In this document: piece after piece, positions 20,074 to 31,038 of the stretch | Layout of the letters: the number at the start of each line of letters is the position of its first letter | Numbering within the stretch: position 1 is the stretch's first letter | Assembly: GCA_965225855.1 (NCBI GenBank) | Contig: CBDDCK010000004.1 | Location: forward strand, 192,001-256,000 | From: Spirochaetia bacterium | Lineage (GTDB): Bacteria; Spirochaetota; Spirochaetia; SP-2023 | Length of the DNA stretch: 64,000 nucleotides | Direction: 5' to 3' | Position numbers and translations under genes: made by a program | Notes under the pieces: generated by a model | What the model was told of the DNA's origin: nothing | Seen by the model: the letters and a program-made list of their open reading frames with translations, nothing else | Database searches by the model: none

Positions 20074-20113
20074 CTTTCCGCCTTGGATCAAGGCCTTGAT
20101 CCAAGGCGGAAAG
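20074..20113. repeat. perfect 40-bp palindrome
   Basis: CTTTCCGCCTTGGATCAAGG|CCTTGATCCAAGGCGGAAAG. Confidence 0.97.
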
Positions 20114-20408
20114 CTATATCATAGCAAGGCTAGAAAAATTTATTAAGGCTACAAACTTTTTTAGTAATAGATTTGAACAAACCCCTTACAATAATTATTA
20201 CCAGAACGTTGCCATAACAATTAAGAGAGTCTCTTAATGCCTAACAAGAGAATTTCTTAATAAGAGACCTTCTTAATAACTAACAACAATTTTTTGTAAC
20301 AAGATAAACTTTGGCCAAGCCTTGCTGGACTTTTGGGTGGGTACTATAGCTAGCAAGTCACTACCCGCTTGGTAGTGGGTTGCCCTGTATTGAATATTAG
20401 GAAACAAC

Positions 20409-20916
20409 CTAGTAGATAACTATGGAATTACTTGCTTTCTTATCCCAATGTTTATTGTTCTCTTTTCCGTCTATGTAGGTTTGGTCTACTTCAACAGTTC
20501 CAGTAAGATTATTTTTGTTTTGATTCAGGAGAATCCTAATTTGCTTAGCCATTCTCCATGCACATTTGTAAGTTACTCCAAGTTTCCTTTTTAGATTGAG
20601 AAAAAAGATATATAGCATAAAACCAAAGAGTAAGAGGTGTAGAAGATTTATAAAAGATGGTGTCTGCAAGGGGGGTGTATCGGATAACCACAAAATTGAC
20701 AGGCATAACATTTTCTATTTTGTACACGGTGAAATTTAGTAATCTTTTCACATTTAGAGCATTTGAATGGTTTTGAGCCATAGCGACCTTTGAAAATCCT
20801 ATCCAAACAAACATTATCATTGGGATATTTATTTATAAAGTCTTTGATTGTAAATTTGTCTGTTTTCATGATAGAATACCATCATAAATACTACTTGTTT
20901 TCAAAGGATATTTACC
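20409..20916 (-). mobile_element. IS1595-family insertion sequence remnant (frameshifted, 3' truncated)
   Basis: Zn ribbon CSKC...CQFC, DTIFYKSSTPLTLWFYAIYL, LGVTYKCAWRM, GTVEVDQTYIDG over three frames; putative left end GGTAAATATCCTTTGAAAACAAGTA at 20916. Confidence 0.88.
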
Positions 20917-20931
20917 AACTTTTTAGTAGAA

Positions 20932-20960
20932 TTGCCAAATTTTGTGAAATATTTTAGAAT
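20932..20960 (+). promoter_or_regulatory. sigma70 promoter of otn cluster
   Basis: TTGCCA-17 nt-TAGAAT. Confidence 0.6.
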
Positions 20961-21006
20961 AACTCGTCGCATGCGAAAGGGGGATTTGATACAATAATAA
21001 ACTCTT

Positions 21007-22308
21007 ATGAAGATTGGTGTGATTGCAGATGATTTTACGGGAGCTACCGACATAGCCAGTTTCATGGTTCAGGGTGGTTTGGCAACCGTGCAGGTGGTTG
21101 GTATTCCCAGTGGTGCCGAAGATAAGTGGGCTCAACTGGCTGAAGTTCAGACTGCAGATTGTGTTGTTGTCAGCCTTAAATCACGTTCTTGCCGGGCTCA
21201 AGAGGCTGTCAATTTATCTTTGGCAGCGCAGAAATGGTTGGATAAGCTCGGAGCTGAGTACATTTATTTTAAATACTGTTCTACTTTTGACAGTACCGCA
21301 GATGGCAATATAGGCCCTGTGTTGGAAGCCCTTTGTCAGGTGATGGGAGAATCTCAAACCGTTTTGTGTCCGGCTTTGCCGGTCAATCAGCGCAACGTTT
21401 ATAAAGGTTATTTATTTGTTGGTTCTTGCCTGTTACACGAATCTCATATGGCCCATCACCCCTTGAACCCAATGGTATCGTCAAAGCTGGAAAATTTGCT
21501 TGAGCCACAATTAAAGCATAAAAATTCTTGTGGTCTGTTGGAATGGGAGACTCTGCAACGGGGCAGTGAGGCAGTGCAAGCACGACTGCAAGAGCTAGAA
21601 AAAATGCGCTATGTGATATGCGACTCGATTTGTGATCGAGATTTAGAGCAATTGGCTGCAGTGCTCCTGCCAAGAATGCGTTTGTTTTCTGGTGGTTCTG
21701 GATTGGGTTGGGCCTTAGCCCAGCATTTGGTGCGTTCGCAAGCTGTTTCAAAAAATAAGCTTGAACAGAATGTCGTGCCCAGTAGGACAGTTAGCGTTGT
21801 GCTTTCGGGTTCTTGTTCGAAGGCTACATTGGAACAAATTGATGAATATAAAAAACTGGCACCGGCTTTTTTTGTCGATGTTCTCACCTGCGCTAAAAAT
21901 GTTCAAAGTTATGTAGCTAAAGTGATTGACTGGTTTAATAGACAATCAATGAGTCCGTATGCGCCTATGTTATATGCTTCTGCAGAATCAACCAAGGTTC
22001 AAGAGATACAAAGTATAATTGGTAAACAAAAAGCTTCTAAAGTGGTAGAAGATTTTTTTGCTGCGCTGGCAATCAATTTGAAGCAGATGAACGTACAAAA
22101 TTTTATCATTGCTGGTGGCGAAATATCAGGAGCTGTAGTGCAAGCATTGCAAATTCGGTATTTTGCTATTGGACATACAATTGCGCCTGGGGTACCTTGG
22201 TTAAAATCCTTAGATAGTGGGGCTTTTTTAGCCTTAAAATCCGGCAACTTTGGAGATAAAGATTTTTTCAGAGTAGCACAGGAAACGATGAAGGAGATTT
22301 GTGTGTGA
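21007..22308 (+). CDS. otnK: 3-oxo-tetronate kinase (four-carbon acid sugar kinase)
   Basis: IADDFTGATD, FKYCSTFDST, GGEISG, LALKSGNFG. Confidence 0.92.
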   Translation: MKIGVIADDFTGATDIASFMVQGGLATVQVVGIPSGAEDKWAQLAEVQTADCVVVSLKSRSCRAQEAVNLSLAAQKWLDKLGAEYIYFKYCSTFDSTADGNIGPVLEALCQVMGESQTVLCPALPVNQRNVYKGYLFVGSCLLHESHMAHHPLNPMVSSKLENLLEPQLKHKNSCGLLEWETLQRGSEAVQARLQELEKMRYVICDSICDRDLEQLAAVLLPRMRLFSGGSGLGWALAQHLVRSQAVSKNKLEQNVVPSRTVSVVLSGSCSKATLEQIDEYKKLAPAFFVDVLTCAKNVQSYVAKVIDWFNRQSMSPYAPMLYASAESTKVQEIQSIIGKQKASKVVEDFFAALAINLKQMNVQNFIIAGGEISGAVVQALQIRYFAIGHTIAPGVPWLKSLDSGAFLALKSGNFGDKDFFRVAQETMKEICV

Positions 22309-22934
22309 AAAAAGAAGCTGAAGCACTCGTACAATTAGGTAAATACTTGTTTGACAGGAATTATGCTAATGGTAGTGCGGGAAATATTTCGGTGCTACTA
22401 GAAGATGGAAAAAAATTATTGGCTAGCCCCTCGGGTTCTAATTTAGGCGCAATGTCTTCTACAGATCTCTCGTTATGTTCTTTACATGGAGAGCTCCTTG
22501 CTGGCCCGAAGGCAACCAAGGAATTGAACATTCATCTAACAATTTATCAAAACAGCCTTAATTCTCGTGTTATTATTCATTTACATTCATGTTATTTAAC
22601 AGCCTTATCCTGCCTGCAGGGCCTTAATCCCAAAAATGTTATTCGTCCCGTAACTCCATATATTGTGATGCGCGTAGGTGAAGTGCCTTTAATACCTTAC
22701 AATAATCCAGGCTCTATAAAGATTGCGCAAGATATTACTCCATTAGTTCAGCAGCATTCTGCATTTTTGTTGGCAAATCATGGCGTTGTAGTTGTAGGAG
22801 ATTCTATTGAGCAAGCTTGTCATAATTTTGAAGAACTAGAAGAAGCGGCTCGCTTATATTTTTTACTTTGCGATAGCAGGGTAAATTACTTAGACGCAGA
22901 ACAAATTGCAGAGTTAAAACGGATAAAGCCATAA
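22305..22934 (+). CDS. otnC: 3-oxo-tetronate 4-phosphate decarboxylase (class II aldolase fold)
   Basis: GSAGNIS, IHLHS, TPYIVMRVG, LLANHG; GTGA overlap with otnK. Confidence 0.88.
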   Translation: MKKEAEALVQLGKYLFDRNYANGSAGNISVLLEDGKKLLASPSGSNLGAMSSTDLSLCSLHGELLAGPKATKELNIHLTIYQNSLNSRVIIHLHSCYLTALSCLQGLNPKNVIRPVTPYIVMRVGEVPLIPYNNPGSIKIAQDITPLVQQHSAFLLANHGVVVVGDSIEQACHNFEELEEAARLYFLLCDSRVNYLDAEQIAELKRIKP

Positions 22935-22952
22935 AAGGATAATAGGTTTAGT

Positions 22953-23717
22953 ATGATCAAATTAGCTGCAAATTTAAGTATGTTGTTTACGGAAGTCGAT
23001 TTTCTTGAGCGCTTTCGGCAAGCAAAAGAAAACAACTTTGATTTTATAGAGTTTTTATTTCCTTACGACCACAAGCCAGAAATAATTGCCAACATAATTA
23101 GTGATTCTGGGCTAAGTATTGAGCTGTTTAATCTGCCTCCTGGCGATTGGAATAAAGGAGAGCGAGGGTTGGCAGCTTTGCCGCAGCATCGGACCCAGTT
23201 CTTGAAGTCGGTAGATATAGCTCTGGAATATGCCAACAAGCTGGGAGTTAAAAAACTGCACTGTATGGCCGGCTTAGGAGATTTTGAAAATGCCGAATTG
23301 CATAAAACATACGTGGAGAATTTGGCTTATGCTGCCAATACCTTGCAACAACATAACATTGTTCTGTTGATTGAGCCTTTGAATACTTTAAATATGCCGG
23401 GCTACTTTCTCAATAGCTTTGATAAAGCGGCTACTATTATAGATGAAATACCAAATGTTTTTTTGCAGTTTGACATTTTCCATTGCCAAAAAATTCATGG
23501 AAATATTTCATATTACCTAGAAAAATATAAAAATATATCGAAACATTATCAAATTGCCGGTGTTCCACAGCGTTTTGAGCCAGCTATTGGAGAATTAAAC
23601 TATAATTACATTTTACATAAAATTGATACAATGGGCTATGATGGCGCAATTGGCTGCGAATATAACCCTCAGTATGACACAATTTCTGGGTTGTCGTGGC
23701 GTAGATCTATTCAATAG
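22953..23717 (+). CDS. otnI: 2-oxo-tetronate isomerase (Hyi family)
   Basis: AANLSMLFTE, IEPLN, FDIFHCQ, GCEY; cluster context. Confidence 0.85.
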   Translation: MIKLAANLSMLFTEVDFLERFRQAKENNFDFIEFLFPYDHKPEIIANIISDSGLSIELFNLPPGDWNKGERGLAALPQHRTQFLKSVDIALEYANKLGVKKLHCMAGLGDFENAELHKTYVENLAYAANTLQQHNIVLLIEPLNTLNMPGYFLNSFDKAATIIDEIPNVFLQFDIFHCQKIHGNISYYLEKYKNISKHYQIAGVPQRFEPAIGELNYNYILHKIDTMGYDGAIGCEYNPQYDTISGLSWRRSIQ

Positions 23718-23742
23718 AAGTCTATTTTTCAGGAGGATGATA

Positions 23743-24642
23743 ATGAAGTATGGGGTCGTTGGGCTTGGTTCTATGGGCCTCGGTATGGCTAAATCAATGC
23801 TAAGGGCAAAACTAGATGTAGTTGGTGTAGATCTAAGTCCTGATAAGATTTCAGCTTTTCAAGAGGCAGGAGGTGAAGTTTCTCAGAATTTGCTTGGTGT
23901 CTGTTCTAATTTGGATGTTATCTTCATCGTGGTAGTGAGTGCACAGCAGGTAGATTCTGTGGTAAAGAGTATAGTCTCCTCATTAAAGAAGGAGGCTCTG
24001 CTTGTTTGTTGCAGTACAGTCTCACCAAAATTTATTCGAGAATTGAAAAATTCTTTAACAGAACAACAACGAAATCTGTGCTTATTAGATGCTCCTATTA
24101 GCGGCGGAGCAATAAAAGCAAATGCTGGTGAAATTACAGTCATGGCGTCCGGGCCGCAAGAGGGATTTGAAAAAGCCGCTAAAGCATTCCACGCAATTGC
24201 TTTTCGTGTATACAATTTAGGTGAAGAGATTGGTATAGGAAGCACTACGAAAATAGTGCACCAATTGTTAGCCGGCGTGCATGTGGCCGTTGCTTCTGAA
24301 GCTATGGCAATGGGTGTTCAATTAGGTTTGGATCCCCGGAAATTTTATGATGTTGTGACTCATGCCGCGGGGAATTCATTTATGTTTGAAAATCGGGTTC
24401 CTCATATCTTGGAAAGGGATTATCGCCCTAAAAGTTCTGTAAATATTTTTATCAAGGACTTGGGCATAGTTGCAGACTGTGCCGATCTCAACGGCTGTTC
24501 CGTGCCGATAGCCAAACAAGCCCTTGCTGCTTTTAAAGAAGCAGCCAAGCAAGGGCTTGGTGAAGAAGATGATGCGGCTTTATTCAAAATGTATGAAGGA
24601 GGTTATTATAAGCAGCAGATGAATATTTACAGTAAACCTTAA
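23743..24642 (+). CDS. ltnD: L-threonate dehydrogenase
   Basis: GLGSMGLGMA, LDAPISGG, KIVHQLLAGVH, MFENRVPH; AGGAGG RBS. Confidence 0.88.
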   Translation: MKYGVVGLGSMGLGMAKSMLRAKLDVVGVDLSPDKISAFQEAGGEVSQNLLGVCSNLDVIFIVVVSAQQVDSVVKSIVSSLKKEALLVCCSTVSPKFIRELKNSLTEQQRNLCLLDAPISGGAIKANAGEITVMASGPQEGFEKAAKAFHAIAFRVYNLGEEIGIGSTTKIVHQLLAGVHVAVASEAMAMGVQLGLDPRKFYDVVTHAAGNSFMFENRVPHILERDYRPKSSVNIFIKDLGIVADCADLNGCSVPIAKQALAAFKEAAKQGLGEEDDAALFKMYEGGYYKQQMNIYSKP

Positions 24643-24780
24643 AAGTAATAACCCACTTGTAGCTCAGCTTCAGGGTAAGGTTGGGCGATAGTTTGTTATT
24701 TTAGTATAGTTATTTTTTATTTATCTTTGTCATATTTTTGTCGATGGATGATAAGGATAAAAATTCATAAGGAGTTTAAT

Positions 24781-25941
24781 ATGAAAAACTTTTTCTTTTT
24801 GACAGTTGCCATTTTAATTATTAGCTGTAGTAGAAAGCCAGACAGTAATTCCCAATCAGGCACAGGCGATAACAAGAAAACCAGTGCTAATGAAGCTATA
24901 GCCGATTCAAGCCAGGAAATGCCTGATTTATATCTTTCAGAATGCTTTATACCGGCACCTGATAGTAAAAATATTACATATGAGGCAAAGGAAGGGCCTT
25001 ATAAGATCGCATTTGTCAACGGTTATGCTGGTAATGATTGGCGCATTCAGGCTATTCAGTCGGCTAAGGCATGGGCAAAAAGACCTGAAAATGCAAAGAA
25101 TTTAGAAGAATTTGTAGTTGTCTCTGTGGGTGATGATAGTGCAGCACAAATTGCGGCCATCGAGAATTATATTAATGCAGGATTTGATGCGATTACTTTT
25201 ATTGCGGTAAATCCCAGCGCATTTAAAGGCGTTATTAGAAAAGCCAAAAATTCAGGAACTGTCTTAGTACCTTTTGATAATGTTTTAGATACTGATGAAG
25301 TAGTTCAAGTAAATGAAAGTCAACTGGCTTTGGGATCCTTAAAAGCCAGAGCTGTTATGGATCAGCTTAGAGATGGTAAAGACAAAAAGATACTCATGGT
25401 TAATGGTTTGCCAGGTAATGCCACAGATAGGGATCGGCGTTTGGGTATGCTTTCTATCTTAGAGCAATATGAAGAGTTAGAGATTATCGAAGTGGTGGGT
25501 AATTGGGATACTGGCACGAGCCAGAAAGTTGTGGCAGATGCTTTATCTATCCATGGTAAGTTTGACGGAGTTGTTTCTCAGCACGGCTCAGCCGGTACTA
25601 TTAATGCCCTATTAGATGCTAATCATCCTATCGTACCTATGGGTGTGGACGGTGAAAATGGAGTTCGTATGTTAATGGCGAAACACAAAATCCCGGGGAT
25701 ATCAGCAAGTCAAGCACCGGCTATGTCAGCTGTCGCCTTAGAAGCAGCGGTAGCTTTATTAAAGGGTAAAACTTTGCCGCAAACTATTTTCTTACCAATT
25801 CCGCATGTAAAATCTGAAGATTTAGAAGACGGTGTTAACTATTTCTCGGAGCTGCCAAAATCCTTCAATACGGGAACGGGTTATGCAGATTGCTTTAAGG
25901 TTTTTACGCCTGAAGAATTATTGTCTCAACCTGTCAGTTAA
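24781..25941 (+). CDS. sugar ABC transporter substrate-binding lipoprotein
   Basis: Lipobox IISC; YAGNDWRIQ, QIAAIEN, VPFDN periplasmic-binding motifs. Confidence 0.88.
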   Translation: MKNFFFLTVAILIISCSRKPDSNSQSGTGDNKKTSANEAIADSSQEMPDLYLSECFIPAPDSKNITYEAKEGPYKIAFVNGYAGNDWRIQAIQSAKAWAKRPENAKNLEEFVVVSVGDDSAAQIAAIENYINAGFDAITFIAVNPSAFKGVIRKAKNSGTVLVPFDNVLDTDEVVQVNESQLALGSLKARAVMDQLRDGKDKKILMVNGLPGNATDRDRRLGMLSILEQYEELEIIEVVGNWDTGTSQKVVADALSIHGKFDGVVSQHGSAGTINALLDANHPIVPMGVDGENGVRMLMAKHKIPGISASQAPAMSAVALEAAVALLKGKTLPQTIFLPIPHVKSEDLEDGVNYFSELPKSFNTGTGYADCFKVFTPEELLSQPVS

Positions 25942-26038
25942 AAAATACTATTGAGGAAGGATTCTCTAACTTAGAGTTTATGTATCTCTCTAATTGTAGC
26001 ATTTTATCTCCAATAGTATTTTTCTTAGTAAATTTTTA

Positions 26039-27564
26039 TTGGAGATAAAAATGTTCTATTTTAATAGTAGCCTGAATTATTTAATCTATATAAAAAAATT
26101 CATTGTGGGATTTTTAGGCGGTTTTACCATAATGGTAATGCCTCCTCTTTTTGCACATCCCGAAGAATCCTCAAAGGACTTTGTATACGATCATTTACCT
26201 CAGCAATCTTATAATTTGTCTAGGAGTATCAATAGCTTTGATGTAAATTTTTATAATGATAATGTGGTTGAACTAGCGAAAGAATTTATATCACTCACAC
26301 CATCTTCTCAATTGACCGATTTGATAAAACCCTTTAGTAGTTCAGAACGTACAAAAGGTAGAGATACGGACAGTACTCCTTCTTTTTGTGCAGCACTCTC
26401 TTGGTGTATAGGTTGGGGAATCCCACAGCATAGTATGAGCAACGCACAAAAAACGGCTATGCACAAGATGCTGTCTATTGCTCTTTCTTCTGGGGGTTAT
26501 CAGACCTTTCTTGCCATTCTAAACCGACAACGGATTATTGGAGAGATGGAAGATAGAGGAACTAATATAGTTATCAAGGAAGCTACCGAAGAATATCCCA
26601 CCGATAAACGCCCTTCTATCTTTGATTTTTCATCTCTATCACCTTTTCCTTTGGACAAATGGTACCCTGAAGTAGGTGGTTTTATAAAGCCCGAATTTCC
26701 TGGGGATTTAAAGATCAATTGGGTTTGGAACCCACCGGGTTTAGAACAGCGCTACAAAGATTTTGGCAACTACTCGATACTTTTTCTTGGCAATCCCGGA
26801 GATGACAAATGGGCTATTCGGTTTGAAGGTCATCACGTATCACTTAATTTAACTTTTATAAAAGGCAACAACAATGGATATAAAGTTTACGCAACACCAC
26901 TTTTTATTGGTTCGTTTCCAATGATTATTCCCGAGAATGTGTCGCTGACAGCCCAAACTCCTCAAATTATGGAGCAGTGGAAATGGAGTGAAGGACAAGT
27001 GATGATGTTCAGCTCTACATATTACATCAGAAAGTTTTGGAATTCATTAACTCAAATAACCAAAGATAAAGCCTTTAACCCTCCAGATAAGTTTGTACAA
27101 GGTGGGCCTTTAATAATGGATACTCCGCCACCATTCCTTATTTCTACACTCGATACCCAAGTAGATATCAGAAAGATTTTAAATTATAATGTTGTTTCTA
27201 CTTATTCATCTGCTTTACCTCCGAAAGCTATTTGGTATCTGAAACAAGCTTTTTTTACTATACACAAACTATGAACCCTGTTATAGGCAATCAATATATG
27301 GATGATATTAGTGAAAAATTAAGTAGAGGGACTTATATTCAAATTGCTTGGGCAGGAGACAAAAATCTAAATGATCTTACAAAGCATCATTACAGCTATT
27401 TACAAATTAATAGTATTGTCCTAGAATATTTACAAAGCAATCAATTTTCAGTACAACATGATCCTAGTGTAACGGGTAACCATGTCCATAGCATGCTTCG
27501 CGATATATCTTTTGATTGGACAAACCCCATGCAAACACATCATCTATACTCTCATATAAGATGA
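26039..27564 (+). pseudogene. DUF3500-family protein, split by a 1-nt frameshift in T7 (27250-27256)
   Basis: GNPGDDKWAIRFEGHHVSLNLT in 5' ORF; IAWAG...NHVHSMLRD in 3' ORF. Confidence 0.75.
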
Positions 27565-27593
27565 TCATGTGCTTTAGAAATAAAGGATAGTCA

Positions 27594-29099
27594 ATGACTA
27601 ACGTTTCTCCTATCGTAAAATTTAGAAATATTTCTAAATTTTACGGGTATACTAAAGCTTTAAGTAATGTAAATTTTGAATGTTTTAAGGGAGAAGTAAG
27701 AGCTATTTTAGGAGAGAATGGCGCTGGTAAGTCCACCTTGATGAAAATAATCTCTGGGGTCATCGCTCCGGATGAAGGAAGGGTGCTTGTTGATAACCAA
27801 TCTGTAGCGTTTAAAAGTCCAAGAGATGCCATGGCTTTGGGCTTAGTTTGTATGTTTCAAGAATTATCATTAATCCCCGATTTAACAGTGCGAGAAAATA
27901 TATTGTTAGGCACTTCTTATAATCGTATAGGGTTTCTATCTTCATCAATACTGCAAAAGGCAAGAGATATATTAGATGCAATTGGTGGGAAAGATATCAA
28001 TTTTAAAACACCTGTGAATAGACTATTTTTATCGCAAATGCAACAAGTAGAAATTACTAAAGCCTTGTGTAAAAATCCTCGTTTACTTATTTTAGATGAA
28101 GCGACCTCTGCACTTAGTGTATCTATTGTCCAGAAAGTGTTTGATTTAATTAGAATCCAAAAAAAGCAAGGTGTTAGCATTCTTTTTATCTCTCATCGAT
28201 TCCACGAAATTGAGCAACTGGCCGATACTATATCTGTGTTTCGCGATGGTCAGCATATTGAAACTTTTAATAACAATACCTACATCTATGGGGATATTGT
28301 TAATAAAATGATTGGAGAACGACTCGATGATTTATTTCCCCCTAAGTGTGAGCCTACTACCAATGATAAATCAGAAATTATTTTGTCTGTTGATAACCTT
28401 TGTTGGCAACAAACTCTTAAGAGTATCTCTTTTGAAGTAAAAAAAGGCCAAATCATAGGATTGGGAGGACTACAAGGTCAAGGTCAAACCCTGTTAATTA
28501 ATAGCCTGTTTGGTATTCTCAAATCAGTCAATGGCACAATAACCATTAACGAGCAAAAGGTGATGTTTAATTCCCCCAAAGAAGCTAAATTATCAGAGAA
28601 AACCCGGTTAGCCTTAGTCCCAGAAGATAGGAAAAGTGAAAGTCTTATCCCCAGCCTATCAATTATGGATAATATGCAATTAGCGTTATTGGGTATTGCT
28701 AAACTTCGTCAATCGGTTAGTATCTTTTATTATGAACAATTTATTAAACGCTTAGAGTTAATTTATAGCTCACTCGAGCAACCTCTGAGCGATCTTTCTG
28801 GTGGCAATCAACAAAAAGTGGCTTTAATAAAATGGTTGGCTATTGCTCCTAAATGCCTATTATTAGCCGACCCCACTCGCGGTATAGATGTCAAGACCAA
28901 AGCACAAATATACCGCTTGATTAGAGATTTAGCCAACGATGGTATGGCTATCATATTGTTAAGTACCGATTATGAAGAACTTATTCATTTATGCGATGAA
29001 GTGCATATTTTTTATGGTGGTGCGATTAGAAAAACCCTAATAGGTGAGGAAATTTCTGCTAAAAACATTATTTCTAATTCTTTAAGAATAGGAGATTAG
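27594..29099 (+). CDS. sugar ABC transporter ATP-binding protein
   Basis: GENGAGKST, LDEATS, LSGGNQQK. Confidence 0.95.
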   Translation: MTNVSPIVKFRNISKFYGYTKALSNVNFECFKGEVRAILGENGAGKSTLMKIISGVIAPDEGRVLVDNQSVAFKSPRDAMALGLVCMFQELSLIPDLTVRENILLGTSYNRIGFLSSSILQKARDILDAIGGKDINFKTPVNRLFLSQMQQVEITKALCKNPRLLILDEATSALSVSIVQKVFDLIRIQKKQGVSILFISHRFHEIEQLADTISVFRDGQHIETFNNNTYIYGDIVNKMIGERLDDLFPPKCEPTTNDKSEIILSVDNLCWQQTLKSISFEVKKGQIIGLGGLQGQGQTLLINSLFGILKSVNGTITINEQKVMFNSPKEAKLSEKTRLALVPEDRKSESLIPSLSIMDNMQLALLGIAKLRQSVSIFYYEQFIKRLELIYSSLEQPLSDLSGGNQQKVALIKWLAIAPKCLLLADPTRGIDVKTKAQIYRLIRDLANDGMAIILLSTDYEELIHLCDEVHIFYGGAIRKTLIGEEISAKNIISNSLRIGD

Positions 29100-29103
29100 A
29101 TTA

Positions 29104-30066
29104 ATGTTGCACTATTTTGAAAATAATAAAAGAGAAAGTTTTGCTTTATTGTTTTTAGTTGTAGCTTTAATGGGGTATTTGAGCATTCACCCTGGAGGAT
29201 TATCTACTAATGTTCTAACCACCTGGAGTAATCAGTCCCTTATCTTAGGATTGGTAGCTATTGCTCAATTTTTTGCAGTTTTGGTACGGGGATTAGATTT
29301 GTCGGTCGGTGCAATTATGGCATTAACTAATTGTGCGGCTTCTTATTGGGTTATAGGCAATAAATTTGATATAGCTTATGGCTCTGTTATGGTTATAGTG
29401 ATAGGCATACTATGTGGATTATTTAATGGCTTCATCATTGTTTATGGCCGTATTCAGCCTATTATCGTTACCCTTGCCACAGCAGCGATCTTTGTAGGTA
29501 CCGCTCTTTTGGTACGGCCTATTCCCGGTGGTGAAATTGACTTAAATTTAGCTGATGCCATGACATTTGATCTGTGGGGTGTGCCGGTTTCTATCATTAT
29601 CACGCTATTGATTATTATTGGGTTTTGGATACCTCTAAGGCGTACTGGACTTGGATTAGCTCTTTATGCCACTGGCTCTTCAGAAAAATCAGCTTTTCAA
29701 TCAGGTATTCCTGTTGATAAGATACGCATTGTAGCATTTGGTTTAAGTGGACTGTTCGCAGGATTTGCTGGAAGTTATCTCGGCTTTGTTACCACAACAG
29801 GAGATGCTGGTATTGCTGACAATTATACCCTTAAATCTATTGCAGCTGTGGTCATCGGTGGGGTAGCTTTAAGAGGGGGCAGTGGTACTCTCACCGGGGC
29901 TTTAATAGGCGCTTCTATTTTGCAGACTATAAATGCTTTGATGTTTTTTTCTAGAATGCCCCCATTAGCTCAACCTTTTATCGAAGGGTTGGTTTTGGCT
30001 ACCGCCATCGCTATCGGTAGTATTGACTTATTAAAAGTTCACAACCGTTTGGAGATATTTAAATAA
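29104..30066 (+). CDS. sugar ABC transporter permease
   Basis: RGLDLSVG, IAAVVIGG. Confidence 0.92.
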   Translation: MLHYFENNKRESFALLFLVVALMGYLSIHPGGLSTNVLTTWSNQSLILGLVAIAQFFAVLVRGLDLSVGAIMALTNCAASYWVIGNKFDIAYGSVMVIVIGILCGLFNGFIIVYGRIQPIIVTLATAAIFVGTALLVRPIPGGEIDLNLADAMTFDLWGVPVSIIITLLIIIGFWIPLRRTGLGLALYATGSSEKSAFQSGIPVDKIRIVAFGLSGLFAGFAGSYLGFVTTTGDAGIADNYTLKSIAAVVIGGVALRGGSGTLTGALIGASILQTINALMFFSRMPPLAQPFIEGLVLATAIAIGSIDLLKVHNRLEIFK

Positions 30067-31028
30067 TGAATAAAACTCATTTATTACGCCAAGTATTAAA
30101 ACACAAAGTAACTTTGACCCCCTTTTTAGGATCAATAATTATCATACTGCTTGGCGCGATTATATTTCCTCAATTTCTAAACACAGCCTATCTGTTACAG
30201 CAGCTACGAATCTCTTCTTTTTTAGGGGTTATTGCAATAGGCGCTATCTTAGTGATTTTTTTAGGACATATTGATTTATCCGTGCCTTGGGTATTTACAG
30301 GAGCAGCTATCATTTCAACAACTCTCAACGGAACTAATATCCCCGTATTACAGTTCTTGGCCTTACCTTTGGCCTTATTGTTTGGAGCATTTATAGGTTC
30401 TATTAACGGCATAGGCGTAGCAATCTTGAGAATCCCTTCTATGGTGTGGACATTAGCTATTAACTCTATGCTCTTTGGGATAGCTGTTTTAAATACTGGT
30501 GGACATAATCCACAAGGTCAATCTTCAGAGCTGATGAAGTATCTTGCCAAAAGCTTTTTCTTAGGTATTCCGACGGCTTTTTGGGTATGGATAGGATTAT
30601 CTACTATGCTATTTGTGATTATCAAAAAAACACCTTTTGGCAATTATCTTAGTGCCATTGGTTATTGTGAAAAAGCTACTTTTTTATCTGGTGTAAAGAC
30701 AACAAAAATAGTTTTTATTGTCTTTACCCTTGCGGGGGTTTTTTCGGCTTTGGGGGGCATTTTATTAGCTGGCTATGCCGATCAAGCATATCAGTCTATG
30801 GGTGATCCTTATCTAATGCCCGTAATTGCTGCTGTAGTTATTGGAGGCACTTCAATTCTAGGTGGTAAAGGTTCTTTTATCGGCATGATTGGAGGGGTAA
30901 TTTTTATCACTCTACTCACCTCTATTCTGTCGGTTATACAAATTAGTGAGGCGTGGCGATTAATTATTTTCGGTACGATTATTATCGTAATGTTACTTGC
31001 CCAAAGAGAAAAACAAAAATTATTGTAG
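30066..31028 (+). CDS. sugar ABC transporter permease
   Basis: GHIDLSVP, IAAVVIGGTS. Confidence 0.92.
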   Translation: MNKTHLLRQVLKHKVTLTPFLGSIIIILLGAIIFPQFLNTAYLLQQLRISSFLGVIAIGAILVIFLGHIDLSVPWVFTGAAIISTTLNGTNIPVLQFLALPLALLFGAFIGSINGIGVAILRIPSMVWTLAINSMLFGIAVLNTGGHNPQGQSSELMKYLAKSFFLGIPTAFWVWIGLSTMLFVIIKKTPFGNYLSAIGYCEKATFLSGVKTTKIVFIVFTLAGVFSALGGILLAGYADQAYQSMGDPYLMPVIAAVVIGGTSILGGKGSFIGMIGGVIFITLLTSILSVIQISEAWRLIIFGTIIIVMLLAQREKQKLL

Positions 31029-31038
31029 GAGATTTAGA

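Noticed and set aside
20354..20390. IS200/IS605-like end (GTCACTACCC...GGTAGTGGG)
   Set aside because: Only a 7-bp stem, no tnpA/tnpB/iscB nearby
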